Shown here: one piece after another, positions 12,045-25,617 of the stretch
Layout of the letters: the number at the start of each line of letters is the position of its first letter
Position numbering within the stretch: position 1 is the stretch's first letter
From: Selaginella moellendorffii
Taxonomy: Eukaryota; Plantae; Lycopodiophyta
Length of the DNA: 64,000 nt
Reading direction: 5' to 3'
Assembly: GCF_000143415.4 (NCBI RefSeq)
Contig: NW_003314338.1
Location: 839,795-903,794 of the forward strand
The notes under the pieces: model-generated
What the model saw: only the letters and a program-made list of their open reading frames with translations
Database searches by the model: none
What the model was told of the DNA's origin: nothing
Program-made: the position numbers and the translations under genes

Positions 12045-14297
12045 AAGCTATGGGATAAATTCAAGGCATGTGTGAAGACCAAATTCATAACAACTATGAA
12101 AGAGCAATGCAATATAGATTGCATGAAATGTCGATAGTACTCCAAGAACATGGCAAGAAACTTCTGACAACGAAACAACAACTAAACAAGTTGTATGCTA
12201 TGCATGCTTGAGGAAGTTGAATTACTGAAACCAAAATGAAAATATAGAACAACTTCACATATTTATCAACGTCTTGAATGCAATATAAAACAAAAAGAAA
12301 TAAACAATTTATTCTTTGTTGATGGAGTCAAAGGCACAAAGAAACTATACCCTTTTAACACACTAATAAAGTATGTCATAGCTATGACATGAAAGTCTTA
12401 GAGGTCAAATGGACAGAATAGTGAGTACTCTTCTTATATAGACTAAACAACTCACTCAACATTTAAGCTATTGGTACCAATTACAGAAACATGCACCTTG
12501 AATCTGCAAGAAAATTCAACACCTGCCAAGGTCGTAAGGAGAGTTGAATTGCTTATATGGGACGAGATAAACATAATACCCATTCAAGCTTTTAAAGCTG
12601 TCGAAAGGGTCATGCATGACATAAAAAATTGCGAAGAACCCGCTACAAGCCAGAGATCACGTCACAGTGAAGAAGTAGGCAAGGCGCGGCTGCTGGCGCT
12701 ACACACCGCACAACGCCAAGGGCATGGTGGTGAAAGTTGACAGGGAAGAGATCGTGGTCCGGGTGAAGTTTTGCAGCTCGCAGGACCTCTGGGAAGGGAG
12801 CCCGGATGAGGTGGATCTGGTGGGGAGTGGGTTCACAGGTTGACAAACAAGGATCACCACTACTTGGGCAGTCGGCTGTCCTGTATCGGGATCATTCACA
12901 GCATCCAACACGATGAAGAGCCACGTTCATTGGCTGCGACATGCTCTGGACTGGAGTTCCAACCATGCTCGCAAAGATCCAGCCGCTCAGAGTTGGGCAG
13001 ATGGTGTGACTAAGCTGCTGTGCTCGGGGAAGTCCACGGTTTGAGTGGCCGTGCAAGAAGAGGAGCGGCCGGATCACCAGGATAATGCCCAACGGCTGCA
13101 TGGTTCTCTTGTCGCAGCTGGACATCGAAGGAGCGGTGGTTTTGGGGGCATCACATTAGTAATAGAGGGAGATTTTAGATAGATGGTGTTTTAAAAAAGG
13201 CTTGTTGCACATAAATTGTCCAAAACAATATGCAATCCTCACTAATATGGTAGAAACTTGTAAAGTTGGTTTAGATGGCTTGTGAGGCTTAAAGATAATA
13301 ACTTACCTGGCTTACAAGGATTAAACTAAGAAGCTATAAAATTACCTCTAATAGATCATGTGTTTGGAAAACATATATAGTCTAATGACCTGAATCTATT
13401 GCAAAAAGTTATTCTCACAACTTTAAATGATCTCTCTCTATAAGTGAATGATTAAGTCCTTTCAAGAATGATTGGCAGAAGAATAATATATAAAAGTAGA
13501 CATTGTAGAAATGTATTTCCTATTGAGTTTTTAAACTCAATAACACCATTTGAAATGCCTCTACACAAGAAAATCAAAAGTATCATAATGTTGTTATACA
13601 TATCAACACCAAAAAATGCCTTTGTAAAATAATTATAACTAAAGCACTACCAAATATTATAGAAGTTAAAATTCTACATAATAGTTGCAAGGAAAAAAAA
13701 GTCCTCCTACCAAAATCTCTTTAAAACCAACTAACATAAACATACCATTCATACTTAAACGGAAATTATTTTCTATAAGGTTTGTATTCTTTATAAAAAT
13801 TTGCAAATCTCGAAAACAAACACTACAAAATGTAAGTATCTAGTTGCCAAGATTAATTTTCAGCCACACTTGCACTTTCTAAAGGAACATCAAAGAAATA
13901 AATGATAATATCCATCAAACAATGTGCAAGGTGTGCTTTAGAACCATAATGTTTACATGAAAAATATTGTATACAAGGAAATTCTCTAGGATTCATGTCA
14001 CCAATGCAACAAATTTTCTATTTATTAGTAAAGCTGGATTCCTTGCTAGTATCATGTAAATTCACTATCCTAAAATGATATATAAGAATATTCTAAATAT
14101 ATCCTTAGATGTAAAATTCTAAAAGAAACCAATTGTTGATACATGTGGCATATTATTAATTATTATATTTTATATTATTACAAGTTAAATCTTTATATTT
14201 TGAGTTTTAAGGGTCTACAAGTATCTTTAGTTGTAGCATTACCATCTTCCAAGTGCTTGCATTAATCCTTGTAGCAAGGGACCTTGAAACCATGTTG
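12045..14297 (+). mobile_element. Degenerate Helitron helicase remnant, copy 2, interrupted by a captured gene fragment
   Basis: LWDKFK, ELLIWDEINIIPIQAFKAVERVMHDI (PIF1 Walker B region), FGGITLVIEGDFR, MKNIVYKEIL*; hairpin at 14267-14279; paralogous to 5050-6824. Confidence 0.85.
12636..13139 (+). pseudogene. Inserted fragment of a KOC1/KEG-like gene (HERC2-like repeat region)
   Basis: GC-rich insert absent from Helitron copy 1; translates (with frameshifts and stops) to GMVVKVDREEIVVRVKFCSSQDLWEGSPDEV..IGIIHSIQHD..FIGCDMLWTG..LRVGQMV*L..PRFEWP..GRITRIMPNGCMV. Confidence 0.7.
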
Positions 14298-14789
14298 TAA
14301 ATCCATGTGTGTAAATATAGTTTAGTTTTAGAAGAAAGCCACAAATTTGTTGCAAATGGTTAGTTTTCTTGTTTATTTGAATAGTACTTACTATTATATA
14401 TAGTTTTTTATTTAATAAAAATATAATCATATATATATGGATTAAATTTGAAATAAATAAACGTGCCAGGAGATATACTTTGAATTAGAATACTTGTACA
14501 AGGAGGAAGGTTTGATGTGGAAGCTACATTAGACCTAAGGCAAGTAACAGTGAGTTCCAAATCTATCTAAAGGTGGTTAAGATGAAGCACATTAATTTCA
14601 TCCTTCTCCCTCCAGATTCTTCCCGATTCTTGGATTCCTACTTAGGGCTCTCTTGATCTTCGGCAAGAAATTTGTACTAGAGTGGGAATTCCAGGTGGAG
14701 CATGGAATGTAGTGGGTGGTGTGCCTCCAAAAGCATACTGAACCAAACCACTATCATGTACAAAAGCTTAAACCAATTAATTTTGACGG

Positions 14790-15655
14790 TAGAATATAAA
14801 GGTGTTTAACAAAGTTTATAAATTCTAAATGCAAAAATATCCCATTAATATCCAAGCATATTACTTCGCTAAAACTATTAAAAAGTCTTTAAAAGTTTTT
14901 TTGTAAACATTCTAGAAATCAAATCATGTGCTATCTACAGTAAAAATTAAATCGATTTATAATTGCATAATAAGCTTCATAAAATCTTATGTTATGTATA
15001 TTAATAGCTAGTTTCAGTTTCAGTTTCAGTTTCACTACTATGCTTTAAAAGAATCATGTGGGATTATGAATGTGCAAACTATATGTATAACCATTGTTGA
15101 AAAACCATGTTCACCTAGTTTTATTTTATTAGAACCATATGTTTTTGTGAGAGTTACAAGAAAAACCATATAGAAAGTAAAATGAAAACAATATTCACGG
15201 GAGCATGAGCACTCACGCCCATCAATCACTAGGAGCATCAACTCCCCAAGGAATCGAGCTTATAATACGGCAGCTATCATCCACACAGAGCCTTCAACAA
15301 AGCTCTTCCTTCTCTTCCTCACTGCTTCTGGCTTTTCTTTTCCTCCTCGGGTGTGTTGCCAAGTTTACAACCCCACCAAGTGGAAGTTGGATCCTCTCCG
15401 ACTACTTCCATCACTGACAGTCTCACACCTCAGATGAGAAGCATGGTGTGGTGAGATAAGTTCTCCCAGATATGGTGATAGGACTTTTTTTTCTTTCTTT
15501 CAATTTTGCAGGAGTTGAGACAAACCAACTGTGTAACTGCTATTGTAAACAACCTCTTGTGAGTTAGATTTGTAGAGTTTAAGTTTTGTAAATGATGTAC
15601 AGCTGAAAATAATTATGAGAAAAGCTATAGTTCTTTGATAGAATGAAAAACAAGA
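14790..15655 (+). repeat. Inverted copy of 1848-2640, including captured RIN2 fragment copy d (about 15205-15655)
   Basis: Reverse-complement match, e.g. aaaaccatgttcacctagttt vs aaactaggtgaaaatggtttt; ggagttgagacaaaccaactgtgtaactgctattgtaaacaacctcttgtgag. Confidence 0.85.
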
Positions 15656-15856
15656 TTGGATCTTTATAAGGGTATTGTCAGCACCCAGCGTGATCTCTAT
15701 CTCATACAATGACAACCAGCACAGCATGAACGTATGGAAAGGAATTGTCTCAATGCAAATGCGGGAAAGTTTAAATCAAACTGTCCTGCTGTGAGCAGCC
15801 CGTAACTTGTGCGAAGAGAGAGATTTGTTGTCCTAGGGATTAGGGTTTGTGGAAAA

Positions 15857-16924
15857 ATGGCGCTCCTAGTGGCGAAGAGGACGAGCGCGGATGTAGAGAT
15901 GGCGCGCGGCGTCAAGGAGCATGCGACATGGAGCCCCTACGAGAACAATGGCGGGTGAGTGATCTTGGATCGCGCTTTGCTTCCCGTGGACGGATTTTCG
16001 CAGGACTTGCGTCGCGATTGCTGGATCGGATTATTGCATCGTCGCAGCTGACACGAGATTGTCGCTTGGCTACAGCATACTGACCAGAGGCCATTCTAAG
16101 CTGTTTAAGCTGTAAGTTTTTCTTGGGTTTGGAAAAAAATGTGATTTTTCCTTCCTATCTTTCGCAGCTCAGACACTGCGGTCATGGCTTCCTCTGGCTT
16201 CCAGGCCGATGTGAGAACTCTGCAAAAGAATCTAGAAGCCCGGCAAAAGGTTCGTTCCTCTTTGTTTCCAGATTTTCGCCTTAGACCGCTGCTTTTTTGT
16301 TTCTCTTGGTAGTAACAGGGTTACTACCATCAGCACGGGAAACCAATGTCTTGCCCAGGGATGGCGCAGCTCCTGTCGAACACCCTCTATTACAAACGCT
16401 TCTTTCCATACTACAGTTTCAACGTTCTTGGTGGTCTAGACACCGAAGGTACGTTTGGAAGAGAGAATCAAAGTCTAAATCTTTGTGGAGGCTTGTAGGC
16501 AAGGGATGTGTCTACACTTATGACGCTGTTGGTTCTTACGAGCGGACAGGATATAGTACCCAGGGAAGCGGTGCAGAGTTGATAATGCCGATTCTGGATA
16601 ACCAGCTCAAGTCTGCCAGTCCTCTCCTTTATCCTCCAAGGGTGACAAATCCTTTGCGATTCGTTCTTCTCTGTTGCTGACTGCGGGGAGTTTACAGGAA
16701 ACAGCAACGCCCCTCACGGAACAAGAGGCTCTGGAAATTGTCAAGGACACTTTTGCTTCGGCTACCGAGCGCCAGATATACACCGTTCGTATTGCGTTTT
16801 CTGGGTCTCGCGAGCTTGAAACTCAACGCAAACTTGTGTGGTGTTGCAGGGAGATGGACTTGAGATTGTTGTCATCAACAAGGATGGAATACACAAGGAG
16901 TATTTAGACCTCAAGAAAGATTAG
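15857..16924 (+). CDS. PBF1: 20S proteasome subunit beta type-1 (beta-6/PSMB1 type)
   Basis: [34 protein letters not shown]..; MASSGFQAD; [18 protein letters not shown]; [16 protein letters not shown]; [25 protein letters not shown]. Confidence 0.95.
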
Positions 16925-19216
16925 GCACTCTCTTTCCACGCTGTGTTGAGTCTTACGATATATTTCATGGACAATTGTTTCATCTCTCCCTCCCCCTCGT
17001 ATCGATCACACAAAAAGAACAATAAGCTTTATCATCTGAGGCCCTGAGGCAATCGACTTTTTCATTTGGTTTAGGGTTGACAAAAAAACGTTAAAAAACT
17101 GCAAAAGGTAACCTTTTTTGTTTCCGTTAACTAATTCTAACTTAATCATCTGTAAATCTTTTTTTTTAAAACAACCTACAAATATTTCTATTGGCATTTT
17201 TATATTATTACAAGGTAAATTTTTTTTGAATTTGTAATATTTATTTATTTTTAAATTGGAAGAAAAAAGACTATTAGTATCATTGGCATTATCAGCTTCA
17301 TATGTTTGCATTAATCTTTGTAGCAAGGGACACCAAAATTATATTATACAACCAAGAAAGACCTTGTGAGCGATTTCTTCTTGGATGCTACACTACACCC
17401 TTTTGGAGCGAATTGGGGTGGTTCGAGTGATTGTTCCATAGAACTTCCTGGGTTATCTCAACAAAGTCAAGTCTACATTAACTTGTGAAAACATAATAGT
17501 TGTTAGCAGACACCTTTGATAAAACTAGTCTTTCTCAAGAGACAAGAGAAAGAAGATGTTGAGAAGACAGATGCAAAAGGCTATTTATGTTCCAAAAGAG
17601 GAAACTTTCATCATCCAGATAAATGGCTATAGGCTTCCACGCCTAGGAACTCTTCATCCAGGGGCAAGAGCAAGGCGACAGTCATACAGCCTTTGTTCTT
17701 CACTGCCTTGGGAATTAAGTCTTATATTGGCTTTTATTTTCAGGGCTGCTTACTTGCAACACCTTTCTCCACTGTTTAAAAAACGCAAAAGAATATAGGA
17801 GGTGCCTAGCAATCCCTCCAACGGTGCAGATCTACATATACGTAATCCTAGCAGGCTTTGTGAATTTCTATGAGAAATGGAGATCCTCAGTCATAGACAC
17901 CATACTCTCAATTACACCATAGAGATATAACACTTCTCACCACAAACACCAACAACTAGGAGAGGATTGCATTGAGGTTCTAACCCAGGATGTGACAAGG
18001 AGGTGTGGGAGATGGATAGGAAGCCCAGGTCAGAGACTGAAGGCTTGACCTGGAAAAGTTCAGCAAATGAATGGCTCACAAGATCATCAAAACAACCTAT
18101 TGTAATCTGTTAGTCTCACTGTAAACAACTAATGAATTATTAAATGAAAACCATCTGCCACCATCACTAATGCAAGTGGGATTAAGTGAATCAATCAATA
18201 GTGACCTGCTGCAGACCATCCATGGCCGTTGGATTGAAAAATGTTATAGCCAGCCATTTACCTGTACTTGTTCTTGAGAACATATGCACTCCACTAAAAT
18301 ATTGCTACATGTTTTAACCGCTTAGGCACAACCTTGTGAATGCTGATCAAGGGTTACGTGCATACTTGTAATATCTGAAAAGTAATATTAAAATTTTAAA
18401 ACATAAAATATTTAACTAGAGAGTCCTTAAAAGAAAAGAAAGGCAAAACATTAAATATTTTATCATGCAATAATATAAAGTAACAAAACATTATTATGCT
18501 AATATAAATCATTTGTATATTAATTCATTTTTAAATAAATAGTGAATATTTCTAGAATATTCTTACATAAGTGTATATTTTCTTAATGGATATACCTAAA
18601 ATATTCTAGCATATTTTATCATCTAACAACCAATAGCTAACACAATGTTGATACCGTGTGGAATCAGATCATCCGCAATGGACAGGCAAGGTTTCTTCAC
18701 TGCGACGATCCCTCCATTCAGCCTGGCGTCATAGACAACGCTCTCATTGTGTGGTATTTATTCAACAAGATTTACATGGTCAGTTTGTCGTCTCTCATAA
18801 ACTAGCTTCCCACGTCAATGATCAAATTGCTATTATGGATGTTGGGTTGTTTGCTTTGAATGCTTTATTCATCTTTGTTCTGTTTTCTTGTGTGATCCGT
18901 CATTCTGCGTTGACAGTAGGGCACACATAGGTGGTTCATTCGGTGTACAGGGCGTTGAGCAGCATGGGATTTCTGCTGGGTGTTCTTCAGGTAAACAGGT
19001 AGATCTCAAGAGACGCACATTTAGTATGGTGCTGATGCATCGGCCGTTTAGGGTAGGACACTATCAAAAGGAAGAAAAGGGATTCCCTCCTAAGCATTTA
19101 AAATCGTCCGGTCCTGTTCCTGTTCTTCATCCTATCGAGAAAAACTAGAGCTTTTCTACCAAAACTATTTTCAGCTGTGTGTCATTTACAAAAAACTTAC
19201 ACTCTACGCATCTCAC

Positions 19217-21594
19217 TCACAAGAGGTTGTTTACAGTAGCAGTTACACAGTTGGTTCGTCTCAACTCCTGCAAAATCAAAAGAATGGAAAGGAAGTCAGT
19301 GATGGAACAAACTAATCACGCGAAAAACTATCATACCTGGACGATACGATCGTCCGAGACATGCGGAAGAACTTCTCTCACCATGCCCACCATGCTTCTC
19401 ATCTGAGGCGTGAGACCATCTGTAATGGAAGTAGCCGGAGTGGATCCAGCTTCCACCTGGTGAGGTTGTAAACTTGGCGACGCGCCAGAGGAGGAAGAGA
19501 AAGGCCAGAAGCCCCAAGTGGTAGAAGAAGGTGGCGAGGAGGAGGAAGAGGAAGAGCTTTGTTGATGGTTTCGTGTGGACGATAGCTGCCGCATTATAAG
19601 CTCGATCCGGCTGAGGCCCCGTGGAGCTGATGATGCCGAGCCTTCTCCTGGCGATTGACGGGCGTGAGAGCTCCCGGAACCGGAGAAGTGTCGCACCATC
19701 AACTCTAGCCTTCCGAGGCCTCGAGAGTTTGAAGCGGCGTTGTCAGAGGAGGAGGACTGCCCAGCTGCCACCGTCGTCCATTCCGAATCAGATCCAGAAC
19801 CTCTACATCGACGCATTAACAGTGTCAAGCTTCGATGACGAGCAAAGGTGCCTACCTCCACAAACTCGCCGCATTGTGTTGGCTCGTTCTCGTGAAGCTC
19901 TGGTGGGAACGTCCCAGAGTTCTTAGATTTCCCATGAAAAGGGGCCTTCGACAAGTTGGACATGAGTATGTGTCTGCGAGGCCTTGATCTAGCCTGCACA
20001 GGGCCAAGTTCACACACATGAGAACATTCTTAAACATGAAAGTTTACCATGAACGCAGGCAAGAGAGGTGGAACAGATGAGCGCATGGAAGTCTCTTCGC
20101 TTTCACCATTGGCTCCTGAAAACGATGGTTCGCTTTCGTCAGTAAAGTGGAATGCTGCTGTTAGACACTAACTTTACAAATAGCGCAGTCGTCGTCATAC
20201 GCCAGGAGTTCCTCTTGCGTGGCGTCCGGCAACGCTCCTTGCAACGTGCTCATGGCCGTGCGCATCCTCATAAATCCCTTAATTCGTTTGAGGATTGCAC
20301 TTAGAAGTGCCTGGAAAAAATGGAAGTGAGTGTACGTGGAACCAACGAGGTCGTTCTTACCCGGAGGTTGAGAAACAGAATGGCATCGACAACTTGAAAG
20401 GCAAGGCCCCTCAGCCACCAGATATGAAGGCAGTGTCCCAAAGCCAAGAACAAGCTCAAAAGGTCCATGCCAAAGCTGAAGTTACGAACTATCATTCCCT
20501 TCCACTCCCACGACGCACCTGGTCATAATATCTGTCAGCCAAACAAAGTGTAGCAAAGCCAAACACAGCACCTGCGACTGATCGATCAGATGATGGCTGC
20601 AAACCATTCGTTGCAGCGGGAGAAGTGTCTAAGGACTGACGCTGCCATGTATCCAATAGTTGCACCCCATGAACTAAAACAGCCTGGAATCACGACAAAT
20701 GAGAACCAACGTTTACAAAGAAACACTACTAAGACCTGCAACGTCTCAAACGCAATGCTCAGCGGTTCGAACAAAAGTAGCATGAAAGTGCTTATTCCCG
20801 TGTCCTTGAAAACCACGAGACACAATTGAATCCTGCGACACCAGAGAATTACAGCTGGTTAGCATGAAGTCGAAACGTGCGAAAACCGTGAAGCTCACCA
20901 GAACAAGTCCGAAAGTAAAACCAGGACAAGCACCGAGAAAACACGCAGATGAGCATAGACTGTCGCAGTTGGAGAAGCATTTAAACGGTCCAAGCGATCC
21001 CTCGCAAGACCTTGGAACATCTAGAAGAACCAGGTTACGTTACGGCGGTAAAGATCCATAGTCCCCATACCTTAAGGAAACCAAGCACGGCGAACCACGC
21101 GAGCCAGAGAGCTATTTGCATCATCTCGGGCTGGACAACCCAGGTGAGAAAGAGTCCCTGTACATCAATGAATCGCTTTAACTTTAAAAAGCCTTTGCAA
21201 GGAATCTCGCCTACCTTGAAAAGGACGTAGTTGATCATCCGTTCCACGACTTTCTGAGTCTCCAGGAGCGTAAGAGTACCAAAGAAAATAGTCTGCACAA
21301 AGAAGTAGAAGGGATAAGCAACGAAGACAATGGAAAAAAAAAAAGTGCTCAAACCTTCATACAAAGAGCTAGAACAACGAAGAAGTTGACGAGGAGATTG
21401 GCCAGCAGCACGATTGTGAGAGACGACTGAAGCAGCGATTGGAGCAATTGAGCTGTGTCGACAGGATCAAATGCCTTCTTGTCCACGGAAATCCCTGGCA
21501 AGACCTTCTGGAGGACCGAATTTATCCTCCACACAATCCCGCCCAAGCTAATCGCCGTATACATGGCCACAAACGATCCATAGCCTCCAGCCAT
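19217..21594 (-). CDS. RIN2: RIN2/RIN3-like membrane RING-H2 E3 ubiquitin ligase with C-terminal CUE domain (AMFR/gp78/HRD1 family)
   Basis: TM N-terminus; FFGTLTLLETQKVVERMINYVLFK; ALPDATQEELLAYDDDCAIC..LPCAHLFHLSCLRSW..CPTCRRPLF; VREVLPHVSDDRIVQ/ELRRTNCVTATVNNLL*. Confidence 0.93.
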
Positions 21595-22245
21595 GGTCTC
21601 GAAATCCCTCTCAAACAAGAAAGGAGGAAGAGAAAGAAGAAGCTCTACATTCGGATGAACCCTATAAACCCAGGGAGCTGAGGTAGCTCCTGCGATGCCG
21701 CGATTCTACAGCGATTCTAGCAAATCTTTCTCGCGGCAATGGCGACCGCGATGCGAAATTTACCCGCGACGATCGATCGCTGCGCGCCAGGCCGCGGAAT
21801 CTTTCCTCCTCCGCCCTGGAAATAAGAGAGGGGAGAAAAACCCTTCGACCTAACAGTCCACTCGAGACTATTTCACTTCTTCCATTTTCTATATGGTGAC
21901 AAACACACACATTGATTGGATCCTTTTAAATCCTCTCTGGATAAACTTTGCCTCTATTTGTGTGTCACAAGTGAGCGCTTTAAGTTATAAAGAAGAAAAA
22001 GAGACAATGCAAAGCTTGTGAGCTCTGGGTTTTTCTTCTTCTTCTTCTTCGTGCTTATTTGGATCGTCGCGAGGTAAAAACAAAAATTCATCTTTCACGC
22101 TTTGCGTTGAAGGATCGCTGCAAAAATCATCGCTGAGCCGGGTGAAAAACTTGGAACCAAAAAATCTCTCATGCTTTCCTGTCTCGAGTGGAAAGTTTGC
22201 TTCTTCTGTGTGTGTATCTTTTGTTGTTTTTTTCATCGCTAGCTA

Positions 22246-23175
22246 TCACCACCATGAGACGAGCCCGAGTCCGTCGGAGTTTATATCTCCCTGGAATGAT
22301 CTGGATTAGAGAACAAAAAGACATTCAAGCTTGGAATTTTTCTTGCTTACGATGACTTCCATTGGAGCGAAAGGTTGAGCGTCTCTTTCTTGCTCCAGAG
22401 GAATTGGGGGATATCTTACTTTTAAAACTCTAAACCGGACCTGGAAGAACGAAACAGTGAGTCCATGGCTTAGAAAATAGTGATTCCACTCACCTCTTCT
22501 TCAAGGTCCATGAACATCTCGTTTTCTTGGTAGTTCCACACCCATAGTTTCTCGTTCTCGTCACTGTTTGATATTTGATCGGATCAGCCTAAGAAACGAA
22601 AGCAAAAACTGGATTTTTTGCTATGACTTACAATTTAGAGGGCTGCTGGAGTTGATGGTGAGGCACGATTATGTCTTCGAAAAAACCCATCGACACTGGA
22701 AACACGAAAAAATCCCTCTATCAAACCAAGAAAAATAAGTTCTTTCGAAGGGAAACTTACAAACCAGCCCATTCTTGTCGCATTTCTTGAGCTTCGCGAC
22801 CAAAATCTCTCCTGGAAATGGACGAAACATGACCAGCTGAAACTCCACCTGGAAATCCCCTTAAAAATTCGCTATCTTTCGAGTAAAGGAGATTGCTTAC
22901 AGTGTAAGTCGGAGCTCCATCGCCAGGGAAAACAAATCCCCCTTCGATCGATTGGATATCGTACAGCGACACGCACAGCCCCAGATCCTTGACGACCTGG
23001 AAATATATAAAAACCAACAATGTAGCTTCAATGGGGGAGATTATCGCCGGCGATCGACACGCACCTTGTCCAGGAACAATCTGTGGATCTCGAGCGTGAT
23101 GGCGTCGAGCAGCGGCAGCACGAGATTGGCGGGCGGGATTCGCAGCGTGTCCCGCAGCTTGGACAGGACGAACAT
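22246..23175 (-). CDS. RPC8: DNA-directed RNA polymerase III subunit RPC8 (RPC25, Rpb7-like)
   Basis: MFVLSKLRDTLRIPP..DK/VVKDLGLCVSLYDI..GDGA / FQLVMFRPFPGEILV / GFFEDI / WVWNY / GDINSDGLGLVSWW*. Confidence 0.93.
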
Positions 23176-23356
23176 CCTTAAAACCATAAACCCTAAAAAC
23201 CTATCCACTGGCCTTTGCCTAGTATAGCGACCTTTGGATAGGTTTAGCGCGTGCGAGCACGAATGGAGTTCCTATCGTAGTGGTAGGAACTTCATTTTTT
23301 AAAATGCACGTCGGGATTTCGAATCTCTTTACGTTGTTTTTGTTTTTTTTTCTCTT

Positions 23357-25617
23357 TTATCGCGTGATACGAAGAATCCCATTGCACTGAGACAATAGGA
23401 TTTTCATATAGTACTTGGAGCCTCGCGAGAGATTGACTTTGGAGCGTTTAGCAGCCGGAAGGTCGTCGATTGTACACTCTGAAAATCCGCGATGCACAAA
23501 CCTGCGAGCATTCTCTCGTTAGTTTCATGCGTTTTCCATTGTCTTGCGAGCTTACCAGTCGGCAGTGCGCGTTGTTAGGAGAAAGAGTTTCTCCAGTCCG
23601 GCCCTGGCAGCTTTTCTTTCGATGTAATCTAAAAGAAAATGAAAAAAGTGGTTTTTGAAGAAGAAAAACTTGAAGCTTACCGAGAAGGCTGTCACCTTGG
23701 CCGTGGCCACGGCACTCCGGAGCTACTGCAAAAGCGGCAACTTCTCCTGATTTCTCAGCAGGGTATGGGAAGAGCGCAGCGCATGCGATCAAGCATCCAT
23801 CTCTTTCCACCACTATGAAATCGTCAACTTCTTGAATGAGCTGAAACAGAGAAAAGGTTACATGAGAAAACGTTACATGAATACCAAGAAGAGTATAGAG
23901 GAAGAACTTGCCTGCTGTTTGCTTCTGTGGACGAGGATGCCATGCTCTTCCAAAGGACGAAGAAGTTGCTGGATGCCCAAGATATCAGAGCTTGTTGCCG
24001 AGCGAGTCCCTTCATACATATCACTGCAGCACAACAGTTGGATCGGGAAAAAGAAATCAAGAAAAATGTCATACTTGGAAATCATAGTTCCAATTCCATC
24101 TCGCGTGTAAAACTCGAGAAGGATTGCACCTTCGACAGTACAATCCAGAAGATGAACACGCGTAACACCGCCCTGTTGGAAAGTTAATAGTAAACCAGAT
24201 GCACGAAAAAAAAGAGAGGATAGAAAGCATACCCGACAAGCGAATACAGCTGCAGCCAGTTCCGAAAGATGTGTTCTACTTTGTCTTTCCCGGCCGCCAA
24301 TTGCAAAACCCGAGTTTTGATCCGTATGTGAACTTGCCATGGGACTTCCATTTGAGAAAGAGTCAAGTCCCAGGCTTATGGAGTATTTTGCTCCAGCGAC
24401 AGCCTTGACATAATCAGCAGCAGTGTAACTTTGGCTCGTTTGAGTTCTGATCGCTTGATCTGCTTGCTCGAGTGTCATGAACTTGACAACACTGTTCTTC
24501 TCGTCCACAATCGGACCGTCGACCAGACAGAGCAACTTATCGGCCGTGAGGGCTGTTGCGCAAGAGGTCGCTACTTCATATGTACTGCAAAAACGCTACC
24601 AAAGTATGAGATCAAACTCCAAAAGACTACTTATTCGATGAACCTTTCCCATCGTGGACATACTTGCAATTCAAAACGTCTCCAGAGCTCGAGTAGCCAA
24701 GGTTGCTAAGGATCACGATGCAGTTGCAATCCAACCTCTCTTTGATGCGGACGATATCGAGCTTCTTCACTTCTCCTGTAGCTCCAAAGTCGACTCCATT
24801 AACAACACCTCTCCTCTGAAAGTTTATAGAAAGTCTATAGGAGGAGCAAAGGTCTAGAAAAATACACACTTACCTTAGCCGATAGAAAGTTTCCTCCTGC
24901 AACGCTCAATCCAGCCCGTGCAGCTCCACCATGCCGTCGCAACACAGGGACCATTGGACCTCTTGAAAGCTTCGCTTCTATATCCACGAGGATTTTCCCT
25001 GCCGCTTCCATCGAGGCTTCAAGAGCGTTAGAGTCTGTGACTCTGTAGGCTCCAATGTAGCAAGGCTCCTGACCTGGAAGAAACTCCCATTTCTTAGTAG
25101 ACACAATTATAATGCGATGACTACAAGAAAAACTTGTTTTTCTCAAGATCCTAGACAAGAAAGAGCAAGAAGAAACCTTACCCCTTTCTCGGAGAAGAGC
25201 ATCGATCTGGATATGAGTTCCAGGAACGATCACAAGCTTGATGCCGAGTCCATGTAGAAGAGAGATATCCTATAGAAAAGATGAAATGCCATGCTATGGT
25301 TTCTACAAACATACCTGAAGAACATTGTCTAGAACAAGACGATTGGCGATAACTTCACCAGGGATGACGATCACGAAAGTACTGCCCCGATGGCCTTGAA
25401 TGTATGGCCAGGCTTCGCGAAACCAGCTCACATACTGCCTCTGCTTGTCCATTGTCATGGCAATCCCCTCGCCGCTGGCGCTCATCGCAATGCAGCGAGC
25501 TGTGAGCTTGAGATTGGTGGCAGCGCGCAACCATCCAGCGCCAGTGCCGCCAAACGAGCTCGCGTTCTTTGCTCCGGCGTGCACAGCGCCCCCGCACAGC
25601 GGCATGGTCGCCATCAT
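23357..25617 (-). CDS. NAGS: N-acetylglutamate synthase (amino-acid acetyltransferase, AAK + GNAT domains), plastid-targeted
   Basis: [24 protein letters not shown]; [18 protein letters not shown]; [11 protein letters not shown]; [12 protein letters not shown]; [37 protein letters not shown]; RGSKYYMK. Confidence 0.95.

Noticed and set aside
11632-15655. Inverted RIN2-fragment pair as Pack-MULE TIRs
   Set aside because: No target-site duplication at the outer ends; the inner sequence is Helitron-derived and other copies occur unpaired
17340-19100. Possible genes in the PBF1-RIN2 interval
   Set aside because: Only short ORFs with no motifs; partly AT-rich sequence weakly resembling the Helitron subterminal repeat
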